From Klebsormidium nitens (Eukaryota; Plantae; Klebsormidiophyceae): a DNA stretch of 64,000 nucleotides. The notes beneath the pieces were generated by a model. The model ran no database searches and was not told the origin of the DNA. It worked only from the letters and a program-made list of their open reading frames with translations. The position numbers were made by a program, and so were the translations under genes. Of the stretch, positions 11,001-29,100 are shown one piece after another; positions within the stretch are counted from its first letter, which is position 1; every line of letters starts with the position of its first letter. The DNA lies in the NCBI GenBank assembly GCA_000708835.1, contig DF237037.1, positions 1-64,000 on the forward strand, in the 5' to 3' direction.

Positions 11001-14000
11001 TCAAACCAGGGCCGCTTCGAACTCTGACTCCTTCGCCTCGCTGCTTTCCGCTCCTTCGCCGCGCATCGTCCTCACAATGGCGTTGCCCACCCGCATCCCG
11101 TCGACGGCAGAGCTCACGATGCCGCCGGCATAGCCCGCTCCCTCACCGATGGGATACAGCCCGGGGTGACTAACCGACTGCAGAGTAGCGGGATCCCGCT
11201 CGATGCGGACTGGGGCGCTGGTCCGGGTCTGCGAAGAAGAGTCGGGCAAGCTACGTCAGCAAAGAGTCAACATGCTTGGTCTTAGCACGACAAAACGCCT
11301 CCTTCGCTTTGTTCCCTAGACATATGGGCTTGTACCGGAGATGGTGTCTTTCCACTATCGTTACAGATTCGCCTTTGCGTTTGTTCTGAAAGCTACACAA
11401 TCTGGAAAATGTACATGGAGCCGACCCGAGCCAAATTGCTGAAAGCGGATCACGTTCAGCAACCTTCGAGAAGCTCAATTCGTGAGAATGCCAAGCCAAG
11501 CAGCGCTTCTCAGTGTGTCGAGGGGAAAAGGGCCTAATTTTGGCCCGTCTCCTTGGATGGACAAATAATCGCTCAACAACCTCCGAAGCAGCAACCGAAT
11601 CCTCTGACTGGGAGTGCACACATGCAATCTCAAGCGCCTTGATTCCGTACGTTCTCAGAAAAAAAAGTAGATGACGTGGCCGTGCATCCGGTTGAACAAG
11701 ACAGTTGCTGATACTCACCTCGACTCCATGGAGCAGCGCGTCAGGGCTGACGAAACCAGGCATCTGCACGCCGCAGGACCCGAGAGTCAACATATATTTG
11801 CAGAACAGCTAGTATAGGAATCCGCACTGATGATGCGAAAAGCAAAGAGTGAGAATTACCGACAAGAGCCGGGTGCCAGTAGCTCCGCAGCGCGACAGGA
11901 CCCGAGGAGATAATATGCTGACCGATCGTCAAGATGGACGGAGGGAACAAGGGCCCTCCAGACTGCGTTCCTGTAATGTTGAATTGCACCGAGATGTGGT
12001 GGGAGCATGTGAGCGAATCCGCATCCCGTAAAGACGTCTTCGAATCAGGAGAGCGGGCCTAACGCAGAAGCTACTCTTGCATCCCCCCGCTGAACGGCCT
12101 GTGTACTTCGTCAGCCGACATCTCGGATTCGCTGTGTCTACTTCAGATCCATTTTCCGGGTAAGTACTTGTTCAAAACGTTGTTACTGAACCCACGAGAG
12201 TGAGAAGGCTTCTCACCATTTTGTCAAACGCCAGCAGCGCCTGCCGGAGGGAGGCGGTCACAACGTCCGGATACAGCTCATCCAAGCGCGCGCTGCGGAC
12301 GCCTAAACGGTAGCTGCTGGAAGGTAGGGGATCGGCTGCACATGGAGGAACGGATCTGTCACTTTGGAGCAACATTTTCGCTTTCAAGAAGCGCTTCCTT
12401 TGCAAAACCATGGTTGAGCAGTGAGCCCCACTGAGCCCCTGGATAACGAAGTCAATCGAGCAAGTGAAGTAGACCAAAAAGAAGAGCGCCGCGATCGCCT
12501 GGGGAGTAGTTCGTTTGGACCAATTCGGACGTCCCACATGGACCAGTGACTTTGATGTCGACCAGGGGAAAACTTCTAGAAGGCTGCATTCGAAATGCAT
12601 GTTCGATAGACTCTGGGCGTAAGAGCGTCAGTAAATCGGGCTACATCGCCATACTTTGCATGGTCAACTGGTCGTGTACTTCAATCCATTTGAAAGAGTC
12701 AACGAGCTCAGAAAACGAGGGAAAATGGTCGGTGAAGCGCTTCGCAAAGCTGCCGTGCGTCTCACCAGAGAGGACGCCGTCGAGAAAGTCCGCCGCCCGT
12801 TGCACGGGCGCCACAAAGTTGCCGCCGCCCATCGCGGCCGCGCGCCGCTCCATGGCCCTCTGCATAACCCAAACCCAATCAAGTAACAAATAACCCGGAT
12901 CCAGATTCAGGCAAGTCCTCAATAAAAGGTGCCCAAACAAAGGCAACGATCGACTCTTCTGGTTCAAACCTGAGGACGAGAGCTCGCTTCGCAGGAGGCT
13001 CGCTCGAACGAAGCGCTAGAAATGTGCGGAGAGGTTTGGCGCGCTGAAGCTTGTTTCAATCTGCATACGAAATCTCTTTCAACGAATTTTACCAACGTAT
13101 GAACCAGAGTACGAAGCCAGGATCAGCCGAACCTGCTGCTGATTGCGGATGCCCAGATTAAAGATTCCATACGTGAAAGCAGGAGTCACAATTACTCAAA
13201 GCTCACCTGGAAAGCTACTCCGGCCAGCGGGCTGTCGCCTCCAAACTCCACGAAGTCGGGCGCGGACACCGGGACAACTAGAGCGGCGTTGGCCCACTGG
13301 GACGCGCGCCGCGAGAACGACATGCCGTTAACGCACAGCTCGTCCGCGTTCGTACTCGTGGGGACCACCTGAGAATCATCCCAGGACTGCTTAGCGCCTG
13401 GAAAGCATCCCAAATCTTGGTTGAAATCTCATTGATTCTCGTCCTGCATCTCGAGAGGTCGAGATGGAGAGACAAGTGAGATGCTGTCTGCGCAGATATG
13501 GCGAGGCATCGGAAAAAGTTTGGAGTGGATGTCATTCAATGCCAAATATGATGAGCTACGAGGGGCGAAGCAAGAACAGGACGAGGCGGCCCGAATAAAG
13601 GTTTCCAATATGGAGATAGATCGACGTCTTCTCCTTACCCCAAGAGTCATCAATTGGCCAGACTTCGGCCCCTGTAAAGAGCTTCCTTATTCCTCGAGCC
13701 CTGACACTTATGAAGTTTTCTCCTCTGCTAGAATCTCAACAATCAAAAACACTAAACCTTCAATACTAAGGTTCTCTCAGGTTGAAACCCTCATCACTTC
13801 GAACACCCCGCGATCGGAGTCCTTAGAATGCGCACGAGAGCTCACCTGTCCCCCGGGGCACATGCAGAACGAGAAGCAGCTCCTGTTGTCCCCCCTCTCC
13901 TGCGCTGCCAATGTGTAGTCCGCGACCGGGACTTTCCCCCGGCCCCTGTCCACGGAGTCTGCCCACTCCCGATACTGGATCCGGTCGATCAGCGCTTGCG

Positions 14001-16611
14001 GGTGCTCGATACGGAACCCGGCCTGGATAGAATATGATGGCTTCTGAGGCAAAGCTTGTTGAACATCTTTGTTTCCTATGTTACTCTCAAAGCAGGACGA
14101 GTCCGGGGATGGAGCCAGGAAATGGTTTCGGTTTGCGCTGGACGGCGTTTTCTGTATGCATCTGCTTCAGGCTGAGAACGGATCGAAGCCGGAGTCAAAA
14201 GACATCTTTGTACTGCGCGATGAAGCTTCATCCGTCTTCGTGTCGGCGAGGCTCGTGGACCCAAAGCAGGCAGACCGAAGAAGGTGAAGAATTCTCTGGT
14301 CAAACCCAAAAGAACAGGATACTCTGATGTGGCCGTTCCCAGCAGTTCCTAACGAAGGGTCATCATTGGTAGATTGTGTTCGGCTGCTTGTACTCAGAGG
14401 GAGTCTAAAGAGGGCTTTAAAAGCCAACAATCGGACTCCGCTTTGCTGGACAGAAGGACAGAGACAAACACAAGATCGTCTGCGCTGGATATCAAAACGT
14501 TCACCTCTGCTAATCAACGCTTAAAGCGTCTGATTTACAGAGTGAAACCGCCGGTTGCTATGACGACAAGAAGAAACGCTGGCCCTCACCGCAAAGTCTT
14601 TCTGTGCCATGTGCACCTCATGCCCCTCGAGCATTGTATACACGTCACGAGCCGAGTGGCCCACACCTAAGACTACGCTGTCCGCTGACATCACCTCCGA
14701 CGCTCCCGTGCTCAGATTCCGAACTAACGCCCCTGTCACCTGGCCGCTTTGTATGACCAAATCGTCAACGATCTCGCCAAACCGCATCTCGACCTGGAGA
14801 GAAAGACAATCGGTCAGCAGGATGAAGATTCTTGAGAACTTGCTGACCCCCGTATCGCTTACGACAGATTCACTTGCACTGCGTTCTCTCAAGCGTGCCA
14901 TCGGACATGTTGACTGTAGGAGGGGAAGTCAAAGGTAACGAACGGGCAGTGACGTGATCTGGAATACTCGTTTGAAAGAAGTTTGACAACTTCTTCCAAA
15001 GCACTGGGAGAGCCCAAAGGGATGGCCCGGAAAGCCTCCGTGTTTGTCTGCATGACCTTCTTCCAGATGTCAGATGACTTCACTTCTCGCACTGTTTAGC
15101 CACAACAGCTCTAAACTGGTAGACTCACACGCAACAGTACTTAAGAGCTTTCAAAAGCTATCTTAAAAGGGAACGAAACTGGCAATAAAGTCAGAAATGG
15201 TGCAGCTCACCCCCAACCCCTCTAGATGTTCCCGGAATGCGCGCAGCATTCGCACCAGCCGGTCCGTCCCAAGATGCGGTTTCCCGTCCACCAATATCCT
15301 CTCCGGGCCCCCAAATTGCACCAACTTCCTCAACACTTCCCGCACCTCTTCGCTGTTCTTCCCAATCCTAGTTGTCAGCTTCCCATCGCTCCAGGTCCCC
15401 GCACCCCCTTCTCCGTAGCAGTAGTTGCTGTCTGCATTTAAACTCCGGCGGACCATAAGCGCCCCAATGTCTCGCCCTCGCCTCTCTACCGGTTGACCTC
15501 GTTCTACCACCGTTACTTTTATCCCCGCCTCTGCTAAGGCAAGAGCGGCAAACAGACCCGCAGGGCCACTCCCCACTACGATTGCTTTCTCCTTTTGTAT
15601 GCTGCCTCCACTCGTTGCGTCTCCCCTACTGCTCGAGGCGCTCTCCTCGCTCTCTTCTCGTCTTTCAACTTCTTCCTCCGCCTCTAGTTCGTCCCGGTCC
15701 TTCCTAGGCCCGACATACCTGGGGGCAGTGCGCCCCGTCAGTCGCACCGGCAACGCCCCGTCTGACGTATCGTCATAGCCGTCCAACTCCAAACTTCCCT
15801 CCCCAACCTCGTTGCTCAATACATCGTACTCAAGCCCCTTTGTCGTTTGCTCACTGTCTGCAGGTGCTCTTTCGAAAAGGCCGGGTTTCATTTTCAGTTT
15901 CTTCAGATTGTGCGGCGCTTTCGAGTGCGCCGCAGTCACGGCCGCCGCACTCACATCCACAATGTACACAAACACGGGCTTCTCCTTCTTCCTGGCGTCA
16001 AACGACTTCCGCACGATGCTTATGACATCGCCCTGCAGCCTCTCTGCCTTGCACAGCAGGCGGCGCGCCACCTCCTCCCGCAGGAAAGAATGCACGCTGA
16101 TGTCATCCTTGCCCGGGTCGACGTCAAGCGGCACCTTCACCTGGTACAGGCGCCATGCCCCGGGGTCCACTTTCCTTTCGGGGGGTGCGCTTCGAGGGCT
16201 GTTTGAAGGGGGGCGCCGCGACCGTGATCTTTGGAAATCAGGCTTTGGGGTTACCTTAACCACCCCGCTTGGAGTCCATATCTCCCTGCTCACAATCTGC
16301 TGGGGGGGTCTGGGTCGCCGGGGTGGTGCTCTTCGATGGTGCCCCTCGGCATCGCTCCCAGAGGTCTCCTGTCCAGGGGGATCCCTCCTGCGCCAAACGG
16401 AGGGGTTTCCATGGGGTGGTGCACGTGCGGGGCCAGCCGAACAGCGTAAAAGAAGCGGTTTGCTAAGTTTGGAGAGGTTTTCCGAAGCATTGGGAAAGGG
16501 AAGAGGATGAGAAGGGGGCAGAAAGGGCGTTCTGTGGAGGGAAGCAGGGGGCAAAAGGGACTCAAAAAGTCCAGAAGAAGACCTCCCTAGGGCAGCGCCA
16601 AGTGCCTCCAT
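11001..16611 (-). CDS. Plastid FAD/NAD(P)-dependent oxidoreductase, PDE327 (At4g30720)-like, 8 exons
   Basis: Exons 16611-15211, 14793-14590, 14022-13846, 13368-13207, 12859-12766, 12335-12217, 11763-11719, 11228-11001. Motifs: Rossmann AIVVGSGPAGLFAAL, GEGGAGTWSDGKL, PHLGTD, GHSARD, GFRIEHPQ, SFCMCPGGQ, TRTSAPV, GEGAGYAGGIVSSAVDG. Ser/Pro-rich transit-peptide-like N-terminus. Confidence 0.9.
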
Positions 16612-17011
16612 CCTCGCCAGCTTGATACGGATGTCTGATTCACAGTCAGAATCACAGTGATTGCAGTGCTTGGCTATTTAAGGGCTGCATTTGGCACCTT
16701 TCTTGGTTGAGTGCATTCCGTTAGTAAACCTGGAATTGAACCTCGTCACCATTGAACAGGGTTAGCGACATTGAGTCCTTATAGATTTCCGGTTAGTGAT
16801 TTGTTAAGCATTCGGTTACTAACTGTGGAGGCGATAAAATGTAGCACGAGGTTAGGGTTTGGAGCACCCCACATTTCAATTGCTTTCAGAACCTCTTCAG
16901 GAGTGTTGGAACTTGGAACTTGGTCCTTTGATATTTTGGAAGGGCGCCCAAAGCTTCGAGCTGAGTCTTTGTCAAGGTCCTCAGAGCTGGTGCACTGGAA
17001 CAGGCTGCAAC
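16612..17011. promoter_or_regulatory. Short divergent intergenic region (putative bidirectional promoter) between the PDE327-like gene and ARPC4
   Basis: 400 bp between opposing ATGs at 16611 and 17012, with an AT-rich ctatttaa near 16675. Promoter function is inferred from position. Confidence 0.55.
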
Positions 17012-19260
17012 ATGGTGCGTATTCGGACACTTTTCACTGTTGTAGACAAAGGATCCCAAGACTGCAATGAGGACAGCTCCGCTCTCCTGGTGGTAGACAA
17101 AGAAGTGTGCGCGTGACACTTGCATTTGATAGAGCCAAGAAGTCCTCAGTGAGCTGTCAGTTTCTGAGCTTTGTGTAGCTGGCAATTAAAAGTTTCTCCA
17201 TGTGATTGATTTGTCCACCAATTGCAATCATCATCTTTGCAGGCGAACACATTGCGGCCTTACTTGACATGTATAAGGAACACGCTGAACGCGACGTTGT
17301 GCTTACAGGTGATTGAGGTTTGATGACAGAGAAGCTGCTGATGTCTGTTTGCTGGCTGGAGCTACGGCTTCAAAGGCTGGTTTTGTTAAGATGTCAAACC
17401 TGCACCTTGTTGAAGGTTTGCCAGAACTCTGGTCCATGTCCCCGTTAAATGTTGATTGCTAAGAAGTGATAAGTGGCAAGCATAGAAGCTGAAGCTATTC
17501 ACTGATCTTTCTTCGCAGAACTTCCCCTGTCAAGAGGTGGAGCGGCACAACAAGCCAGAAGTGGAGTTCAAGTGAGCCCCTTGATATACCTTGTCAAAAC
17601 TCACACAGCATCTGTCAAGTCTCCGTCACCTTGGTGCGAGGCTTATGGAAAATGAAGTCCTGGAGAGATTGTGCATTTGTCAGACATTTTTGCAGCAACA
17701 ATCGACATCTATACTAACCTTCGCTTGTTGCTTTGCAGAACAAGTCCTGAGTTGCTTCTGCAACCGGTAAGCTGCCTGCACACAGTCGTCTAGGGATTAT
17801 CTACTTTGACTGATTGAGGCTGACTGGTTTCGCTGAAGATGGTATGAATGATTGATTAAGCAGGCAAGTTTGTTCTTACATTCGCGGCAGGGTCTCCTCA
17901 ATCAAGGCAGAAAGCTTATCGAGGCGCTCTTCTGTATACACAAAGTCATGAAGGCCGTCTCCTCTTCACATTGGATCTGGCCTGTTCAGAATCCAATATC
18001 CTTGATTGAAAACAAAACTGAGTTTGTTGGCATGCCGCACAGGTACTCATCTGCAGGAACGAGGGCGAGAAGTGCCTCATTGAAGGATCCATCAACTCGC
18101 TCCGGATAAGCATAAAGGTGAACGCACAGCTCCCTGTCTCTATTCCTCTTCATTCCAGGGCTACTTCTTGACTGCTCTGCACCTCTGCAATTGACACAAC
18201 AACACTATCCCTATGTGCATGTTTACAGAACCCTTCATCTCAAAACTCCCAATTATGAAACGGTGCCAAGATTTGGCGAAGCTTGGATCCGTCTTCTCAC
18301 GTACGATTTTGTGTTTCTTCCTGATGATCGGTAGGCTCAGACTTTCTTCACCTTCTTGTCTTTTGCAGGTGAAGCAGGCGGACGAGCTTGAGAACATACT
18401 GGCAAAGAAGTTCCTCCGCTTTGTTGCACAGCGCGCAGAGTCGTTTCAAGTACTAAGGAGGAAACCTGTTGAGGTAAGGGGTAATATCTGTTCCTCTCGA
18501 CCAGTCGGATTCCCACAGATGATGCATAGCCGGCAGTTCTTTAACTCAAACGTGGTTACTCGATCTACTGGCCTTGAGTCCTCCAGTATCTTTTCGAAAA
18601 CACGTGTACTTCTGGTCTGTCATCCATTTTTCGTGTTCCGGCTTTATAGTTCCTTTTATGTAGAGCTTTCGCCTCAAAGTATTGAGCTACCTTAATCAAT
18701 CTTCTAGTGATCCAATCATTTCGAGGCCCAGTAGTCTTGCGTATTTTCTCAGCAGCATCACCGGCCGACCAACTTTTCTTACAGGGTTATGACATCAGCT
18801 TTCTCATCACGAACACGCACACCGAAGAGATGCAAAAGCACAAGTTGGTCGACTTCATTGTACGATTCATGGAGGTGAGTGGGGGTTCGCAATCGTGCGC
18901 GGTCAAGAAAGTCGGTCTGTCTCTTTCTTGCCTGTGTCCTGGCGTCCCTAGTGCGAGCAGATTCGGGCACAGGTTGCCACTTCTTTCAAGAGTTAGTGCT
19001 AGCAGTTTCGAGAAGGGTCCTTTGCAAAGACCAGGTTGGCCCTTGATTGATTACGAGTCCCATGGCCTCAAGGCTTGTTCTTTGCACGCACTTTGGTGCT
19101 GGATAGTCTCAGATCAAGAGTTTTGAGCATAGAACGTGTTGTCCATCCTGATATTACGTTACTTATGCAGGACATTGACAAGGAGATCAGCGAGCTAAAG
19201 CTGTCCGTGAACACAAGAGGGCGCCTCGTAGCAACCGAATACCTCCGCCAGTTCCTGTGA
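17012..19260 (+). CDS. ARPC4: Actin-related protein 2/3 complex subunit 4, 8 exons
   Basis: Exons approximately 17012-17014 (ATG only), 17243-17308, 17519-17571, 17739-17766, 18043-18117, 18370-18473, 18785-18873, 19171-19260. They give [16 protein letters not shown]...[16 protein letters not shown]...KVKQADELE...[10 protein letters not shown]...[29 protein letters not shown]. Confidence 0.96.
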
Positions 19261-20193
19261 CGTGCCGCCCTCTATCTGGTACACAAGAGCTAAAGACCGG
19301 AAGGAGCAGGATGTAGATGTACAGGCCTGCAAAAGATGCTTCAATGTCGTCCAAGCTGGAGCGCTTTGCTTGGAAACAGAAGCACTGAGAGATCATACAG
19401 TGTTGTTCGAAACTTGTACAACTAAGTTCGAGCTCCCGTTTCTGCATGAGAATCATTGCATTGAACTTCGCAGGTCAAATTCATCACCCTTCCATCTGTG
19501 GTTATCATGCGCGAGCACTGCATGAGCTCCGCAGGCATATATTAGTCACCAGGCTCATCGAATCATTTGGCGATTGATTGCATTAATGATCTACTATAAT
19601 TATATAGTAGTAGCTGGCCATGATACCATGGCCATGGCAGCTTTGCATGCATGGCCGGCATGTACTTTACTCTCGAACATAGAATTCATATATTATGATA
19701 CACCATAGATCAATCATTCATGCAAGCATGCTGCCATGGAAGCGGCAGGTGCATGACCTGCATCAGTCCCATGGACGGTAAATGCTGCCATGTAGTCTAG
19801 ATAGAGCAAGACGTACGTACTGAGTGCGATATTGCTGTTGCAATAAGGCTTTCAATCAGAGTCTGCACTTGTACGGTTGGAATGGATTCCAACTTTGGGC
19901 TTCAAGGTACTTGCATGTCAAGGCGCGCCTTATCAAGGCCCGTTATACGGCTACATCAGAATGTCGATATCTGAAGTTTGCTTGACAATGCACTTGTCCG
20001 TGCTGACGCAATTATTGTTGCTGTCATACTTTCAATGATACATATTGTAGCCGAGGAACCGAAGTGAACAAAACTGTAAGCGTAGATCCTTCACCGTCTC
20101 CTGCCCACTTTCTTGGCTTAGGCAAGAGCAACTTCTAGTCACGAGTGCCCCTGAGACCTTCAAAGAGATGAATGAAAGCTTCCCTGCCCTGCT

Positions 20194-25545
<5,352 letters not shown>

Positions 25546-26143
25546 GGCGCGTAGCTCCAATGCAACCCTGCTCACTGCCCCTGCCACTCCGCGTTAAACT
25601 TATCAACGTCTTGTCTGCACTTTTGCAAATGCAGCCTAGCGCCTGCCACCCTTCAGGCTCCGCCACCAACTATACCGTAGTGTTCAAAGCAACTAGAATG
25701 AGGGACAATTGAGTTTCATGAATCATGACCATTGGGGAACAATAGTGATTGCTCATCGGACGGCTCGCTGTGCGATCCAAACTTAAAGAAGTTCCTGATC
25801 GTCGATGATGTGCAGTCCTCTTGAAACTGGAAAGACTGGAAAGTTGGCAATCGTAGGACTGCAGAATGTTCAGCTCGGATCATATTAGTCTGACATAGAC
25901 TATAGTCATAGTCAGCGCCTTTCTCTGATGCCATCATTGGTCAATGACAAAGGCTGCTTCTTCAAAATTTTCATAGGCATCAATTTGATCATCAGCAGAA
26001 AGCAGAGTGTGGCAGCTTTCAATCTGGCTTTGTTGAAACTTCTGAATCGCTTTTGCAATAGGCGGCTCAAACACAACAACTCTCTTTCTTTTCTTACGAA
26101 GTTACGTCTCATCTGATGATAGCCGCTCAGATCTAACGCCGCG
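25546..26143. promoter_or_regulatory. Short divergent intergenic region between GGPPS and the DOMON/cyt b561 gene
   Basis: 598 bp between opposing ATGs at 25545 and 26144. Confidence 0.5.
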
Positions 26144-29100
26144 ATGGGGAGCGGGGGGCCCGGCCTCATCAGGTTGATGCACTTGCTGACTGTGCTGAGC
26201 TTAGGTCGGTATGCGGCAGGCCAGTGCGGCGGGGAACATACGGTGGTGGGGTTTATCGGCGATCTGAGCATGCGCCAACATCAGCTGAGAGGGACGGTTG
26301 AGGTCATTGATGACTGTACCTTTCAGGTAGGAACCAAGAACAACTCGCGGCAATCTGAATGAAAGCTTGACAAAGTCCACTTTAAAGCATGATTTCTGAT
26401 TCTTAGCTCAGAATTTGCTCAGCGCTATTGTCTCTCAAACCCCTAGTTTCTGATTGTACATGTTGCTGAAAGGCCTCAGAGACACAGACCAACCGCTGTC
26501 TTGAAATTGTGAGTGGGTCTGACCTGAGTTCTGATTCGTTACTTATCATGGTCTGAGAGCCCCTGTTTGTGGATTCATCTCCAGTGTCAATCCCACAGTG
26601 AAGCTCTATCAAAATCTTTGTCAACCAAACGGTATGCCATATTGGCTGCTCATTACTATCAAGCCCGCTTGGAAGCCTTTGCCCAAAATTTTGTTCTATT
26701 GTGACAGATATCATCACAATCATCTCCACCAAATCCAAATACCAGTTTTTCCCAACCAGGTGTCAAATCTGGACATGTTGGCCGGAGAGGACGTTTACTG
26801 GTGGGGGGCAGACGGCGAGAGTATGAACCAACTGATGGGGGGCAGGCGGATGTCAGCAGACTCCCTGGTTGGAAACTACAGCAGTCAGGACATGGTGGTA
26901 AGTGCATTATACTATGCTCGGTTTCTTTGAATCGCGTCTGCGCTCCCCAGGCTGAAGTACAGATTGAAGGCCTTGAAGCTTAAGGCACACTCTGATTGAA
27001 AGCGGCCCAAGTAGTAAAGCTCTGCTCCAGTGATGAGTGATTGGCAGTTGTTTTCTGGTCAAAGTCTGGGACACGTTCCCTGATAATCTATGTTCCTGGT
27101 GGAACAAGCTATAGCCGCTTGGGTCAGGCCTTTGATAACCACTCTTGTGTTGTCAGGAATGAAGGCTATCAAGCCCCCGGTAGGCACTAATGTTCGTCAC
27201 TGCTGCCAGCTAAAGTGACGAGAAAATGCAACAGTCTTCTTTTTGCTGCGCCAGGTTAAGCTGCTGCCTGGACTGACTTGGGACAACGCCACAGTGCTGG
27301 GCGTGTGGTCTGAAAAGATGGCGGGGGATTATGGTCACGTAGTTCTACAACCAGAGGGGGGCTGGCCGTCAAGTCTGAGTCCCAGCAGTCCAGTCGAAAC
27401 GGGGAACGTAACGTGGACTTTTAATGAGTCAGCACTGAATGGAAGTTTTCCTCCGAGAAACGCTTCTAATCTGACAAACGGCAGCTGGCCGCTGAATGCT
27501 ACTGAAGCGAACAGAACAGCGTTTAGCAATTTAACAAGTGGCGGCATGGGGTTGAACGGCACGATGGGTGCGAGCGGCAACTTAACAGCAAATGGGACCC
27601 TTGATTCGAACCAGAGCTCAGGTAGCAACATCACCTTGCCTGAAAGTAGTCCCAGCCCCTCAGAGACTCTTCCCCTGGGTCCGCTGAGGGGAGCGCCGCA
27701 GCCAACGAGCTTCGACAGCTGTATAGAGCTCGGCCCGAAGCTCAGGCTTCGCTGGACCGTCGACCGGGAAAACAACTCGATAGACATAGGATTAGAAGGT
27801 GCGCTAGGGGATCAAGAGTTCATGGCACTTGGCTGGGCCGTCCCAGGAGCATTGAAAAATTACATGGGGCATGCTGATGTCGTCGTTGCGGGGTTCGATG
27901 CAAGTCGGCGGCCGTATGCGGAGGACTATTTCGTGACCGCACTGGCGGTGTGCAATGTGAATACGGGCAGCCCTCAGGGGGTGTGTCCGGACGCCGATTT
28001 TGCGGGGCCGAATCGGACCGTGAGCAACGTGGAGCTCGTGTATGCACAGCAAATGGACGGTGAGGCTTCCATCTCCTTCCGATTTGGCATACAATAACTG
28101 CTGGCTTAGAACGAATATCCTTGGCTCCTAGTGACCTTCAAAGAAGCTCTTTGACTGAACGCTCACCTAACTCTCGTAATTCGCGGCTCGTTGTTCATAT
28201 TGCTGATAGGAATCATGAATATCCTCCTTGGGCGCCAGTTGTTTGTGCACTAAAATGAATACACATCTTAAGCGAAGAACCATCGTTGCAGAACTGCCTG
28301 TTTTCAAAGACGCGTCCTTGAAGATTGCGCCTACTCTCCAGAGATTGCTTGAATGCGCTTCTGTTGCTGTCTCAAACGTGGAAGCCGGGATCTCAATCGG
28401 CTTGTGACAGTTTATTCCAACTCTATCCCGAAGCTCGCAGCGGTTTTGCTTTTATGGGACTTCGAAGTTTGATCCGATGCCTCCATCCTCCAGGCGTTAC
28501 GCTGGTGCGCTACCGGCGGCCGCTCATCAGCCCCGACCGCGAGTTCGACAACGACATTGACCCCGACCAAGAGCAGCCCCTCATCTGGGCGACCGCCGCC
28601 AGCAAGCACCCCTCCCCTTTCACGTCCACCAAGTTCCCCATGCCCCTCTTTCACGGCACCGAGTACCAGAGAAATTATGGCGAGGCGTTTCTCGCGGTCG
28701 GGAAGCACTTTGACTTGTGCATGGGCCCGTTAGACGCATCGCGGTTCGGCGTGCGAGAGAACCGGGTCGGGACGGTAGTTGCAAAGAAGGGCGTTCCGTT
28801 GCTGGTCGGGGTGGGGAACGCGACAAGTTACGTAAACCCGCCGAACCCGGGGAAGAGCCTCTATGTCAGCGGACAGGAGTCTCCAGTGCTACAGGTCAGT
28901 TGAGAGATTTCCTCGATGTTGCCTCTGACGTCAAATGGCGTTTTGATTTCGCATGAAAGTTTCGCAAGATGTGCACACTGGAGGCCTTAGGCCGAAGAGA
29001 ACGATAGGAAAGGGAGCCTACTTCACGAGAATGTGCAATCTGTGACCTAAGCATCCACTTTGTCACCTGAAAGTTGGCTTGGCAGATGGGTCCCGTCTCG

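Noticed and set aside
13481-14300. Plus-strand exon-like ORFs (IWRGIGKSLEW..., DESGDGARKWF...) inside introns of the minus-strand oxidoreductase, suggesting a nested gene
   Set aside because: The reverse complement of pyrimidine-rich introns gives E/K/R-rich pseudo-ORFs. I found no recognisable motif and no consistent phase chain.
15812-16510. Long plus-strand ORF, and similar antisense ORFs at 36684-37292 and 59840-60394
   Set aside because: These are shadow ORFs opposite well-supported, GC-rich coding exons.
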